A stretch of 64,000 nt of DNA from Lama guanicoe (taxonomy: Eukaryota): NCBI GenBank assembly GCA_013239625.1, contig MU054400.1:3721802-3785801 (forward strand), given 5' to 3'. Below are positions 12,191 through 24,556 of the stretch, piece by piece. The position numbers and the translations under genes are program-made. The notes under the pieces were generated by a model. The model saw only the letters and a list, made by a program, of their open reading frames with translations. It did not search any database and was not told the DNA's origin. Numbering within the stretch: position 1 is the stretch's first letter; each line of letters opens with the position of its first letter.

Positions 12191-15100
12191 CCTCTCGAGA
12201 GCTCACTGGACAAGCCTGACAAGTGAATCTTGCTCTGGCTGCGCTCATTTATTTTTCAAGCAGCAGAAAAGCATGTTGGAAAGGGTGCCTTGTTTACCTT
12301 TGAAGAAATATTTGTATTTCTCTACCACTTGAGGGCTGAGTCTGGTTTTTTTTCCCCCAGCTGTTTCTCAGGCTCTGGCCTTTGGTTTTATTCTTCTGTT
12401 GTCTCACATCTCCTATCTGAAGTTCCAAACGTTTCTCCTAAACTTATCTACTACTGTGTGTATACTTTTTACTTCCCTAAGAGGTAAATGGATTCCATTT
12501 AAAGTAGCTTCTCAGTCTAGGTTCTTTTCTCCCCTTGGGCATCTCAATCAAAGTCACTCTTCAGAAATCGATGGACAAAGATCTCTCTTCCTCCATCAGA
12601 AGGACGTGATCACCAATTTCAGAGCAGCACAGCTTGCACAGGACCCTCCATCCCTGACACAGAAAACACGGAGGAACCACCCATCTGCCACACAGATATG
12701 AGTGACAGAGAGCAAGAAATGAAGGTCTAGACCAGTTCTAACAGCACTGACACCAGTATTAGTGTCATTAGTATATCAAAATTTTGTCCAAGAATTCATC
12801 AAGGCAACACTTTTTAAAACTGGTAATAGCAAATGAGCTATCTTGAAATCCCAGCCCAAGAGAGCCTCGACAGACTGTATGTAGCCCAGCCCACCCACAA
12901 AATCACAACCAATAAAATGATGGTTTTAAGGTTGGAGATGATTTGTTATGGAACAACAGATGATCAAAATACAAACTGTTATGTTGAAAAAGTTACAAAA
13001 CAGTAATCATCATATGATTCCATTTTTGTTGAACCAAAATTTTTAAGTACTCAATAAATCAATATATTTTCCCATCCATAGAAAACATACAGCAAATGAT
13101 ACACACAGGTTGTAGTAAGGGAGAGGATGTGTAGAGGAAGAGAAGGAAAGAGCTTTCATTTTTTACTTTACATCTTTTTTTTCTCAATGAGTCTATTTTT
13201 AATACAAAAAGCCAAAAAGTAACAAAAAAATTAAGATGTTAGGAAGATATACCAATGGCAACATTAGCAAGTTTTGAAGCTGTATTTCCAGCATTACCAA
13301 ATTAAGTCATAGTATTTTATAGCTTCCCCTAAACAAAACAATGATACCATATGTATGCATTATGAAGTAGAGAAACTGAACTCATTCAGACACACTCCAA
13401 GGCTCTGCTCTGTACTAGACCCCACCACTGAGGACACAAAGATGACCCAGGTCCCCATCCTGAGCCTGGGCAGGTAACGAGGGGATGCAGGGCAGCAGGA
13501 GGACCCATTTCCGACTGGGTGGTGGGGCAGTGCCTCATCTCCTCCCAACCTCCTGGGCTCATCGGCTAAGGGATAACCTTGGGGTATGTCTCCCGAGGCT
13601 GGTGTGAAAATTACACAAGAGGACAGACTTGCCACCAAGTAAATACTTCACTGAGAGGGTCTTCTGTGGTATTAACCTTTTAAAGTCTCAGATTTTAAAG
13701 TTTCAGTTTACTCATTCAAAAAAACAAAAAAAAAAAAGAGGGGAGCTGCTGAGATCAATTATACCTGCCTTCACAGGTTCTTCTGAGAACCAAATGGAAG
13801 AACCATCAGAGGCTGAAGTGAGACCAGCTGTCTACCAGCAGGGCGCACACGTTCCAGAAGGTATATGAGATGCCCCACCCGGGTTGGGGAAGAAATCCTA
13901 GAAGTTACATTTATCTTATCCAAAGAGTAGAATAGCAACTACGTTTCAGTAATAAAAATATTACATAGAACAACTTCCATATTATGTATATAGTAATCAT
14001 TTTACACTGTACTAATCACACTGTCATAAAACACTAATAGAGCAGGAACTGACTGCACCCTCACAAAGACCCTCTGCCTCGGGGTCACCTGTCGCCAGCC
14101 CCCTGAGGTGTTCCTTTGACATGGGCAACTGCACAGTGAAGTAGGTTGACAAATTACAACCAAACTAAACCACACAGATGGTATATGAAGCTTTAAGAGT
14201 CCTATAAAAAGCACAAATTAAAGTTCTGCTAATACAAACACAAGCCCAAGGCTGGGAAGGCGCGCGCTGCCCGCCCTGAGTCAGCTTCACCTGAGCCCCA
14301 TCACGAAGTAAAAACCACGATGAGGTACTCAGACCTGACAAGAACCAGGCTCAAAATACTCAAAATTCAAGGAGTATTTGAAACAGGGTTTCACCTTCAC
14401 CATCATTAACAATGACTCCAGCCCTAAGTGTATACTGGGTCTTGAGATACAAAAACAACAATGATCACACAGGTGTATAATTTATAAATAAGTAACACAC
14501 ATACAGAGGAGTGCTAAAAACTGGTCTCAATTAAGATACAATTAACATATAACACCGTATTGGTTTTCGGTGTTAAAAAAAATTTTAACGAGAATGAGCA
14601 AAAAGGGCCTGGAAACCACAGCAAACTACAATATATTTCACTACAGTCATATTATACAGTATTTTTACATATATGTTCCTCCTGCCAGGCACTCATCTTC
14701 AAAGGGGAAGTTCTATTAATGCAGCCCTGGAGGAGAATAAGATCAAAATACTGTAAAAACCTGAGAAGGCATGCTTTTTTTTTTTCCCCTGAAAGTGTAG
14801 GAAACATCTTTGTGAAGGAAAACAGACTCTGGGAATTTAGGAAATAACCCTTAAACTTCAAGCCAGGTCTCTCTCTCAATGTAATTTCATCAGTAACTTG
14901 AAGAAGGCTAGGAAATAAAACCACCACGACCTAGGACTGTCTTGGGGGAGCAAGTGAAAGGCCATTCACACTCTGTTGAGGTGAAGGCAAGAGCGTGTCA
15001 GTATCATTCCTTCTATTTCAGCAAATGTTTAGAAGATAAAAAAAAGAACTTGGTTAAAATTATCAAAAAAAGTGTTGTTGTTTTTTTAAACAGATATTTG

Positions 15101-15486
15101 CCATGTTTGGTCATTAAAAAAGAAATCTTTTTTCCCAAGGCAACTTATTTTTTCCAAAGAAAAACAATTAACAACAACAGCAATTCAAATGAATTAAAGC
15201 CCCAGGCACGGGCCTCTCATCCCTGCCTCCCCAGGCCTGTTCAGCAGCAGGGCTGGTCTTCAGGGACATAACAGGCTGCCTTTCACTAAACTGCCCGTCA
15301 TGGGATCCTGTTCCCCATCCAACATGGCCTGCTTGGAGCAACCCCGCACCCTTCCAACTCTTCCCCCACGGAGGCAGTTTTCCCAGGCTCTGCCCAGCTA
15401 CCCTTTGTGCTTCAGATGCAGAAAGCCAGCCTCCCTGTCAAAGGATCTTCAGTACGGTCAGCAGTTACCTCTTTACGGGGGGGGGG

Positions 15487-15500
15487 NNNNNNNNNNNNNN
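15487..15500. other. Assembly gap (14 N) after a G run
   Basis: Seen directly. Confidence 1.
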
Positions 15501-17055
15501 CCCTGTGCCTAACTTGGTCAACCATCTTCACTACTATTTCTGCCCCATCCCTCAAAAACAAACAAAACCAAACAATAAAAATGCAAAATCTTTTCATCAC
15601 TTATCAACAACTGGACCTAGAGCCAGCAATTAAGAAGCAGGTGGCATCCTTACCTCCTAACAGCCATATCCCACCCCGAAATCTGGCCCCAGCCCCCATC
15701 CCCCCGCCTTCCTTCATCCTTGGTCTTTCATTTTTGAGCAAAACCAATGGAGGAAAAAAAATGATCTCTCTCCACAGGAGAATAAAATATACCTTGAAGA
15801 ATTAACCTATTCTCTTTAAACATCCTAAGAATTCAAAGTCTTTTGACCACTGACCCCTTAAAAGTTGAGTTCTGACCTAAGAACAGCAAGTCTTAGCAAG
15901 TTACTGGTTTCCATCTACAAATAAAGTAAAAATTATTTTTCCAAATGGCATAAATTTAGCTTAATCTTCACAGGAGGAGAAAAGGATGCCCTGGGAGACC
16001 CACAAGGACCGACAAGAGATGCCACTGCTCCCCGGGTCTCATGCTACAAAAAATTCAGAAATACTAGAAGAACTGCCCCGAATTTGAGTCGATGTGATGG
16101 CCCTGAGCTAAATAGCCGCACTCGAGAGCTGGTCAGTATTCCATCAGGCCACTGGACATCTTCGTATGCCCCTAGGAATGTCCGTCAGCATCAGCATAAT
16201 CTAAGGCTACTGGGTCTTGGAGACCCCAACAGACAAAGGAAATCTCAAAACCACACAAGTTTGGTTTTGCAAATGTGGAAACGGGACATGTGACAATGAT
16301 TAGCATCATGACATGCCGAATACAAAGATTCATAAATTCCGCTAAATAACATTCATCAATTTTGTTTTACCCCCCCCCCAAATTATTTACAATATTAAAT
16401 AGGGTGCGAAATAGAGAGCATGTAAACCCAGGAGGGTATTTTTACAACAGAGCAAAAGTTCTGTGGCTCCTCCACACCGCCCAAGGTGGGAAACACAGGT
16501 GCAGGAGGGAACCCGCAGCATCCCTGAGACCGGCTTCCGAGGAGCTCCGGCGTCAAGCTCCCGGTCACCTGCCAGGACGCGCCCGCTGCCAACGTGGGCA
16601 CCGCGGCGGCCCGAGCGCGCCCAGGGCGGACGGGGAAACGACGTGCCGCCCCGCCTGGCCGCGTGCCAATCACGCCTGCACACAGGGCACTAGCGCGACT
16701 TAGGGGATGCACGCTTTTGACTTCGGATGCCGACGCGCGTGACACAGCTAAGAACAAAAAGGCCCCGCATCGCCCCAGACCGGCCTCCGCAGGGGAGCCC
16801 AGCGACGGAGGAGAGCCCAGGAGACCGAGCCCAGGGGGTCGGGGCGGCCCGGGAAGGAGACTCCGGCGCGGGGAGGTGCGGAGCCGGCCCCGAGCCGGCT
16901 CCGGTAAGAGGCAGCGGCCCGGGCGCAAGCCGCGGGGTGTCTCCGGAGCCCAGCGCCGGGTCCCTGGGCGCGGGCCCGGAGCCCAAGAGGGACAAGGAGC
17001 AGGAAGGCGGCCAGGCGGCCGGAGGGCGCGCCGGACACGCGCGCCGCCCACTCAC

Positions 17056-17210
17056 CTCCTCCCGCAGCTCCGCGCAGCGGGCCCCGCTCCCAGGCCGCCC
17101 GAGCCGCTCTCCCGCCGCCGGCCTCGCGCTCCCGCTCCCGCTCGCTCCCTGCCCCGCGCCGCGTCCAGCGCCGACGCGTCTCCGGCCTCCGCAGCGGCGA
17201 GTCCCCGCCC
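17056..17210 (-). other. GOLM1: GOLM1 non-coding first exon (5' end approximate)
   Basis: Consensus donor GAG|GTGAGT at 17056/17055 inside the CpG island; no ATG in the exon; promoter-type motifs immediately upstream. Confidence 0.75.
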
Positions 17211-17477
17211 CCGGGCAGCGCCGGCAAAGCGCGCGCGCCCTTCGGCGGGAGCCGGAAAACCCACGTCACGCCCCCTCCCCGCCGCCCGCCGCCCTCCCGG
17301 GACGCGGCCCCAAGAGCGGCGCGGAGCCGTCCCGATGCCGCCGAAGGAGGCGCGTAAGCTGGGCAGCGGCGGCGGAGGGAAGGGCCCGCGAGAGACGCCC
17401 CCGCGCCCCCGCCGCGAAGGGGTTTGCCGGAACCCAGAGCGGACCACACCCAGCATCACACTCCCGGCCACACTCAC

Positions 17478-17700
17478 GTCGCCTTCAGTGGTCCCGGCCC
17501 AAGCTGCCCAGAGAGGGGGCCAGCGAAACACAGGTTTTTAGGGGTCTGTATACACAAGTTTGCCTTTTTCCTTCCGCCAGCCCTGCCCACTTGGTCCTCA
17601 TCTCCCCACAGCTGCTACCGCTCAGCTTTAATTTGTCGGGTTGCGACCCTCCGACCGCGGGCAACAGATGAAACGAGTTATTACTGGGCGCTGCGCAAGC
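17478..17700 (-). other. GOLM1: Candidate alternative upstream non-coding first exon of GOLM1 (5' end unknown)
   Basis: Second consensus donor GAC|GTGAGT at 17478/17477 in the same island. Confidence 0.4.
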
Positions 17701-18888
17701 AGGATCCTCAAGGACTCTCCATCCTTAGAGACGGATTTGAAACAGCGCCCAGGTGGCCCTTGGGCACGCGGAGGTTTGAGGCGCACTGTTGAGCCACACC
17801 TGAGAGAATGCCGCAAAACGAATAACCTACCGGATAACCATACTAGAAAGTTCTAAAGCAATGGGTCTTAACCCTGACAGCTCTGGCCAGATACTAGAAT
17901 TATCTGGGAGCTTTCAGAGTGTGCAGATGCCAGGGTCCCACCCCTGGAGTTCCGAGCATTGGTGTTTTTGCTTGTTTTAAAATTCCCAGATAGTTCTAAC
18001 ATATAACCGAGAATGAGAACAGTTTTCCTAAAATCATTTTTGCCATCCTACCTAGCTCTGGTGTCCAAGAACCCTGTGACTCAACACCAAAACCCAACAC
18101 CAAAAAAACAAACAGGGACATACGCAAATTTCCAAGGGAAGGTTCACAGCCAGATTATTTTCAGCCTGAACAGGCTCACTTTGGAAAAGGTGACCAAGAT
18201 ATCGCATTACCACTTGAGCATGGGTCTCCTTAATTAAGTGCAGGAAAAGGATCTTTATGAGCTAAAGCCTTTCGCCTGAACTGGGAGCTAATAATAGTGG
18301 CCCTTTTAGAGTGATATTCTACTATATTCCAAAATGACATTTTCACTAGCGATCTTTAGCCTACCATCTGGTCAGACCAAGTGTACAAAAGCTGAGCATG
18401 TACTGGCCATCAGCCCTGGCTTTTCCGAGGACTTGCCTTGCATTGCTTGGCTCTGATCTTGTACTGACCTTCAGTGACCATAATCGGGTTTGGGGACAGC
18501 TATAGTAACTTCCTTTCATTGCTCCTGTGGCTCGGAGGCTATGGACCATAAGTTTCATCTCATTTGCCTCTAAGTAGGTCTCCATTAGTGTCTCTCGTTT
18601 ATCAGCAACTAATTAGTCAGTGACTAAGCCAGTGATTCTTAAACACTTCACAGAAGAGGGCCATATGTCTACGTATCAGGGCAGCTGGCTGAATTAACTA
18701 CATCTTTATTGAGGGGGAAATTGGTCCTTTTCAAGTTTCATGAGAATCTTTGGGACAAAATTTGGAATTTTTTAAGATGTTGGTTTTTGAGAAGGTTAAA
18801 GAGAAGTATACAGAACTAGAGTAGCCTTGTATTTAATGAAGAAATTGAATTTGTAATTAAAACTCCCCCCATAAAGAAAGCTCCAAGC

Positions 18889-19245
18889 TGCTATGGTCTG
18901 AATGTCTGTGTCCCTCCAAAACTTATATGTTGAAACCTAACCCCTGAGGGGATGATATTAAGAGGTAGGGTCTTTGGGGAGATTAGGTCATGAGGGTGGA
19001 GCCCTTGTGAATGGGATTAGTGCCCTTATAAAGTGGCCTGAGAAAGTTCCCTTGGTCCTTGCACCATGTGAGGATAAAATGAAGAGTCAACAGTCTGACC
19101 AGGAAAAGGGCTTTCGCCAGAACTGGACCATGAGAGCACCTGAATCTTGGATTTCCAGACTCCAGAGCTATGAGAGATAAATTTCTATTGTATATAAGCT
19201 ACCCAGTCTGTTATTTTGTTATGGCAGCCTGAATGGACTAAGACA
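18889..19245 (+). mobile_element. MaLR solo LTR (MLT1A-like) inserted in an old L1
   Basis: tgctatggtctgaatgtctgtgtccc...gcagcctgaatggactaagaca, TG..CA ends. Confidence 0.85.
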
Positions 19246-20330
19246 CCAGGCCCAATGGACTTACTGATGAATTTTTAAAAGCATGTAAGAAAAAAAAATT
19301 ACAATTCTACACAATATCTTTCCCCCCAAAAGTTGAAAACAAATCCTTTCTAATTCGTTCTACAAAGCCAGCATCACCCTAATACTGACACCAGTCAAAG
19401 GTAACACATGAAAACTGCAGACCAATATCCTTCATGAATGTAGATGCAAAAATTCTAACAACATTTTAGCAAATTGAATCCAACAGTATATTAAGAAGAT
19501 ACTACAACATGACCAAGTGGGGTTCATCCCAGGAAAGCAGAATTATTTTAACATTTGAAAAACAATTATTTTAATCCACTATATTAACTAAAAAACAAAA
19601 AATATGATCATCTCAATAGATGGAGAAAAAGTATTTGACAAAATCCAACATGCACTCCTTATACAAAATCTCAGCAAACTAACAGTGAAAGGGAACTTCT
19701 TCATTGGGACAGAGGGCATCTGCCAAAAGCCTCTGACATCATACTTAGTAGTGAAAGACTGAATATTTTCCCTCTAAGATCAGGGATAGGATGGGGATGT
19801 TTTTCCTCTTCACCACTTTTATTTAACATTGTACTAGGGGTACAACTGAACAAGAAAAATAAGTGAAAGGCACCCAGGCTGGAAAACAAGTAAAACCGTT
19901 TTTATTTGCACACGTGCATTTATCAAAACATTCCATCAGAAAATATGATGGAATTTGAAAAATTAAAAAACTACTAGAACCAAGAATTTGGCTATTTCTT
20001 AAGCAGTTAAACATGTATCTACCATATGATCTAGCCATTCCAGTCCGAGATATTTAGCCAAAAGAAAAGGAAATATTCAAGACTTGTACACAAGTGTTCA
20101 CAGCAGCTTTATCTGTGATAGCCCCAAACAGGAAGCTATCCCATCAGTGGGTAAATGGGTAGGAAAAATTGTAATATATCTATATAATAGGATACTACAC
20201 AGTAAAAGGAAAAAAACACTAATGAACGATTCACACACACAACATGGATAAATCTCAAAATAATTTTCTGAGTGAAGAAGCTAGACCAAAAAAAAAAATA
20301 TTGTATGAATCCATATGTATTTTTAAAGCC
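19246..20330 (+). mobile_element. Old L1 ORF2 and 3' fragments
   Basis: gaccaatatccttcatgaatgtagatgcaaaaattct, catgaccaagtggggttcatcccagg, tttgacaaaatccaaca: RT-region L1 motifs. Confidence 0.85.
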
Positions 20331-20710
20331 TACATTGTACAGCATGATGATTAGTGAACAGTGCTGTATGATATATATGAAAGTTATATTGTATGACTCC
20401 ATATGTATTTTTAAAGCCTACATTTTTTAAGAATTGGAATTGTAGAATAGTAGTCACAAGGTACAAACGTTCAGTTACAAGATAATTAGCAGGGATGTAA
20501 TGTACAGCATGATGATTAGTGAACAGTGCTGTATGATATATATGAAAGTTGTTAAGAAAGGAAATCCTAAGAGCTCTCATCAAGGAAAGCTTCCTGTTTT
20601 TCCCTTGATTTCTCTTTTTATTGTATCTGTGTGGAATGATGGATGTTAACAAACTTAGCGTGATAGTCACTTCACAAAATACGTAAATGAAACCATTATG
20701 CTATACACTT

Positions 20711-22223
20711 TGGTGAAATTGTTACCAGGAAAAGGAAACTAAGAATTACCTCGGTTCTTAGTCACCTGAAAAAAACATTTTTGATGAGAGCCAAATAGCG
20801 TGATAGAAGCAAGATTTTTATTAGTGAAGTAAAAAAAAAAAAGTGCAAGATAGTACACGCCTGAGAATTGGGAGCAGGCCAATCCAAGAAAGGAAAATTG
20901 GCACCGCTTCCTCCTGTTTTTATATCCTGGTTTCGTGATTGATTGATTGATTGACAACTCAAGTTCCCTGTGCTCTGGTTGATTGACAGCTCAGGTTCCT
21001 TATGCTCTGGATTGTTTCTTTCCCCTTCCTCTCCCCCTGCCCAGTGCTCATTTCTCTCTAAACTACCTAATAAAATTTATATTTTAAGACAGGACAAGAA
21101 AAAATTAATTCTCTGTCAGTTTGGGCCTCCTGCCTCCCTAATGTACAGTGTGCATCTGCATTACACATTAACCAGAGCACCTCAAAGATGGGAGGCCCTG
21201 CTCAACCGTTAAGGTCAATTTTTTTTTCCCTTTCTTCCTTGCTGTAACTTCTTAAAGAATAGCATTCTTAGCTGGGAGGGCATAGCGCATGCTTAGTTAA
21301 ATCCCCAGTACCTCCTCAATAAATAAATAAATAAATAAATAAATAAATACTAATTAGCTCACTCTCTCCCCACCAAAAAACTAAATAAATAAATCACTCT
21401 TCAAAAACTATTAAAAAAAAAAAAAAGAACAGCATTCTTTCCCAGCTCTGGAGGGCATCATGACTTCCTGCTCACTTCGTGCGTACTTACCTGGACTATG
21501 TCTCCTGGGAGAATTTGATGTAAAACTGCACGACAGGCCAAGAAATCCAGAGACGAGTTGCTGGGACAAGGAACAGAGACTCCGTTTGGAAAGCCAGCAG
21601 ACCAAGAGAAACCAAGACGAACGCCAGCTAAAGGCTGTAAGCCAGCATCTCAACTCTCCAGCGCCCCCGAGAGAACCACCTGTCCTAAGTTAGCATTCAG
21701 GCTGCTTTTATACTAAAAGGGGAGGGCGCAAAGTCAAACACTTCCTGGTTCCGGGTCCGCCTCCGGAGGGGAGGTGTTGATTTCTTCCTGCCTGTGGTCA
21801 TTCACAGGTGCGCCTGGTCAGGATGCTTCCTGGGTGCCAAACAAAGGTATTTAACTTAACTCTCATTACCTGCAAGACAGGGATCCCAGTGATGGGCCCT
21901 TATGTATAATTTAAGTTTCTAGGCAACATCCCTCTAGTGATTAAATTGTAGCAAAGGCAATAGAATACAAAGGTCAAAGTAAAGGAAGCAGATCCAGTAT
22001 GGAGTCAGATCTGTTCTTCCCTGTTACAATCTCAGTATGTCGTTTTGATGTACGATCCTTTGTCTCAAAAATGTACCCACCTGCGCCTTCAACTTCTAAC
22101 AGGAGGAACAGTTCTTAGAGCTTTCTGAGAACCTGCTTCCCGGGTTATAATCCTCAGTTTGGCTCAAATAAAATTACCTCATTTTCCCTCTTAACTTGAT
22201 AGTTAATAGAATTTTCATCTACA
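20711..22223 (+). mobile_element. ERV1-type solo LTR A hosting LTR B (about 20720-21070, minus), a SINE and LTR C (about 21527-22028, minus)
   Basis: TG..CA ends, approximate 4-bp TSD actt/acct; non-nested parts are collinear with the copy at 31818-32294. Confidence 0.75.
21274..21424 (+). mobile_element. Internally deleted vic-1-type SINE
   Basis: TSD aagaatagcattctt / aagaacagcattctt; (TAAA)n tail. Confidence 0.85.
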
Positions 22224-22495
22224 ACCTTAAACTTATACAGTGATGTCTGTCGACTATATCTCTATAAAACTGGAGGAGGGGGTGTCTAGAAAGTAAAATC
22301 TAAGCTATACGGGCAGAAAGCGCATCAGTGGTTGCTGGCAGTTGAGCAGTGGGGAGGGAGGATCAGGCAGGAGCGAGGAATCAGCACAAAGCACAAGGGA
22401 ACATATGAGGGGGTGGGTATGTTCACTACTGTGATTGGGACAATTCCACTGGTGCATACTGTCAAAAGAAGTAAAACCGAACATTAGTTAAAGGC

Positions 22496-23190
22496 TGTGA
22501 GAGAGATGCTATTCAGTACTGCTGCAGTGGAAGAGAGACCTCAGTGTCATCTGAGCTCAACTCCATGGAAACAAAAGGCAGGAGGCCTTTTAAACATTGA
22601 GGTGAAAATTAAATTTTTTTCATTTCTCTTTTTTTTTTTAAATGGAGGTACGGGGGATCGAACCAAGTACCTCACGCACAGTCAGCATGTACTCCGCAAA
22701 CTGAGCTACATATCCACCCCCGAAAATTAAATTACATTAAATTTAAAAATAAACACTGGGGTGAGCTAAGGAAAAGTCCCTAAGGACCTTAAAAGACGTG
22801 ATTAAGCCATCGGTGTCTGCTAACCGGTGCTTATATTAAGGTTGGTTCTTACCATGTCTCAAAGACTGTATGACAAGGGTCTTATCCTTTTTAAAGGTCA
22901 CATTTCAAAGGACAGGTTCCCTTTGAGAAAGACATTCCTGGATGATAGAAGGTATATATACATCTCAAAGGGACACGAGAAAGGTCTTAAAATTGCAAGT
23001 GTTCTAAAGTAAATGCTCTAAGGGAGGTCAGGGGCTTAGCTCTTGGCTGGAACAAACAGTAAATTATTTTGGCAGCCTGAGTTTTCCCAGGCAGGACCAG
23101 AGAGGGGCTGGGTCAACCCAGGGACACAGCCTTCAGCTGCTGGGAGGTATGTTAGGGTCTGGTCAAGTCTCTGTGTGTTGGGGATTGTTT
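22496..23190 (-). mobile_element. ERV-type LTR with SINE insertion at 22616-22721
   Basis: LTR-like sequence; SINE flanked by the TSD gaaaattaaatt. Confidence 0.6.
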
Positions 23191-23849
23191 TATCCCATAT
23201 TACCCACAGAGAAAAGTTCCAAAACAGCAATACTGCCAACTATATGATATCTGAAAACAGTTTAAAAATATGTTACAGTTTTTCCATAATTTCTTTAATT
23301 CATTCTCTTCCTGGTCTCCCACCTTTCCTGCTGGCTTAGCTCCTCTCCTGCTTCCTGGAATAAATCAGCAGCATGTGAGCCTTTGCCTCTGGGCTCTGCT
23401 TTCTGGAAAATTCAAGCTATGGTATTTGTCAGAGGATAAGCATCCTGAAAAAACGGTGTCATTTTACACAGGAACCCTGAGCGGGAGCAAACCTCATCTT
23501 TGTCAATCAGATAAATGTAAATAATCTCATTGATTTAATTTGCATTTCTTTCGTGATGAAAGAAATTGAGTACCTTCATATATGTTTTTTAGTCACTTTT
23601 ATTACCTTTTCTGGTGCTTTGCCCATTTTTCTATGGGGCTGTTTGTCCTTCTTCATTGATTTATGGACACTCTTTATACTAAGGAAATTAGGCTGTGGAT
23701 TGTCATATGTGTTGCAAACATATTTTCTCACCTTGCATTTTTTCCTTAGCTCTGCAAAGGATTTTAATTTTGCCTTATTCAAACCTATCAACTGTTTTAT
23801 TTATTTATTTGCCACAGGCTTAAAAAAGTCTTTCCTCAAAAGGAAGTCT

Positions 23850-24556
23850 CCTACACTGTTGGCGGGAATGTAAACTGGTGCAGCCACTATGGAGAACAGT
23901 ATGGAGGTTTCTTAAAAAACTAAAAATAGACTTACCATGTGATCCAGCAATTCCACTCCTGAGCATATATCCAGAGAAAACACTAATTGGAAAAGACACA
24001 TGCACCCCAATATTCATAGCAGCACTATTTACAATAGCCAAGACATGGAAACAGCAGATGACTGGATAAAGAAGATATGGTATAAAAATAAAATGGAATA
24101 CTACTCAGCCATAAAAAAAGAATAAAATAATGCCATTTGCAGCAATGTGAATGGACCTGGAGATTATCATATTGAGTGAAGTTAGACAGAGAAAGACAAA
24201 GATCATATGATATCACATATGTGGAATCTAAAAAAAAATGATACAAATTCTATTTACAAACGAAAAATAGATTCACGGACATAGGAGGAACAAACTATGG
24301 TTCCAAAGGGAGAAGGATGGGGAGGGATAAATTAGGGGGTGAGGATTAACAGACACACAATATATATAATAAACAACAAGGACTTACTATAGAGCATAGG
24401 AAACTATATTCAATTTCTTGTAATAACATATAATGGAGAAGAATCTAAAAAGAAAATATATGTATATATAACTGAATCACTTTATAATATTGTAAATCAA
24501 CTACTAATACTATAACATACTGTAAATCAACTACACTTCAATAAAGAAATTTTTTA
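23850..24556 (+). mobile_element. 5'-truncated L1 with TSD
   Basis: ORF2 C-terminal remnant (ORF 23878-24069); TSD aaaaggaagtc on both sides. Confidence 0.9.

Larger units (their letters stand above)
16500..17810. promoter_or_regulatory. CpG island / GOLM1 promoter
   Basis: Very high GC and CpG density, GC boxes, CCGGAA (17252-17257) and CCACGTCA (17261-17268). Confidence 0.92.
20425..22275 (+). mobile_element. L1 3' end split by nested LTRs (L1 parts about 20425-20710 and 22224-22275)
   Basis: attatgctatacac|...|accttaaacttatacagtg rejoin into an L1 3' UTR. Confidence 0.75.

Noticed and set aside
16395..17792. Long overlapping ORFs (up to 315 aa) on both strands
   Set aside because: Low-complexity R/P/A/G translations expected from a stop-poor CpG island; several frames are open at once and none resembles a known protein.
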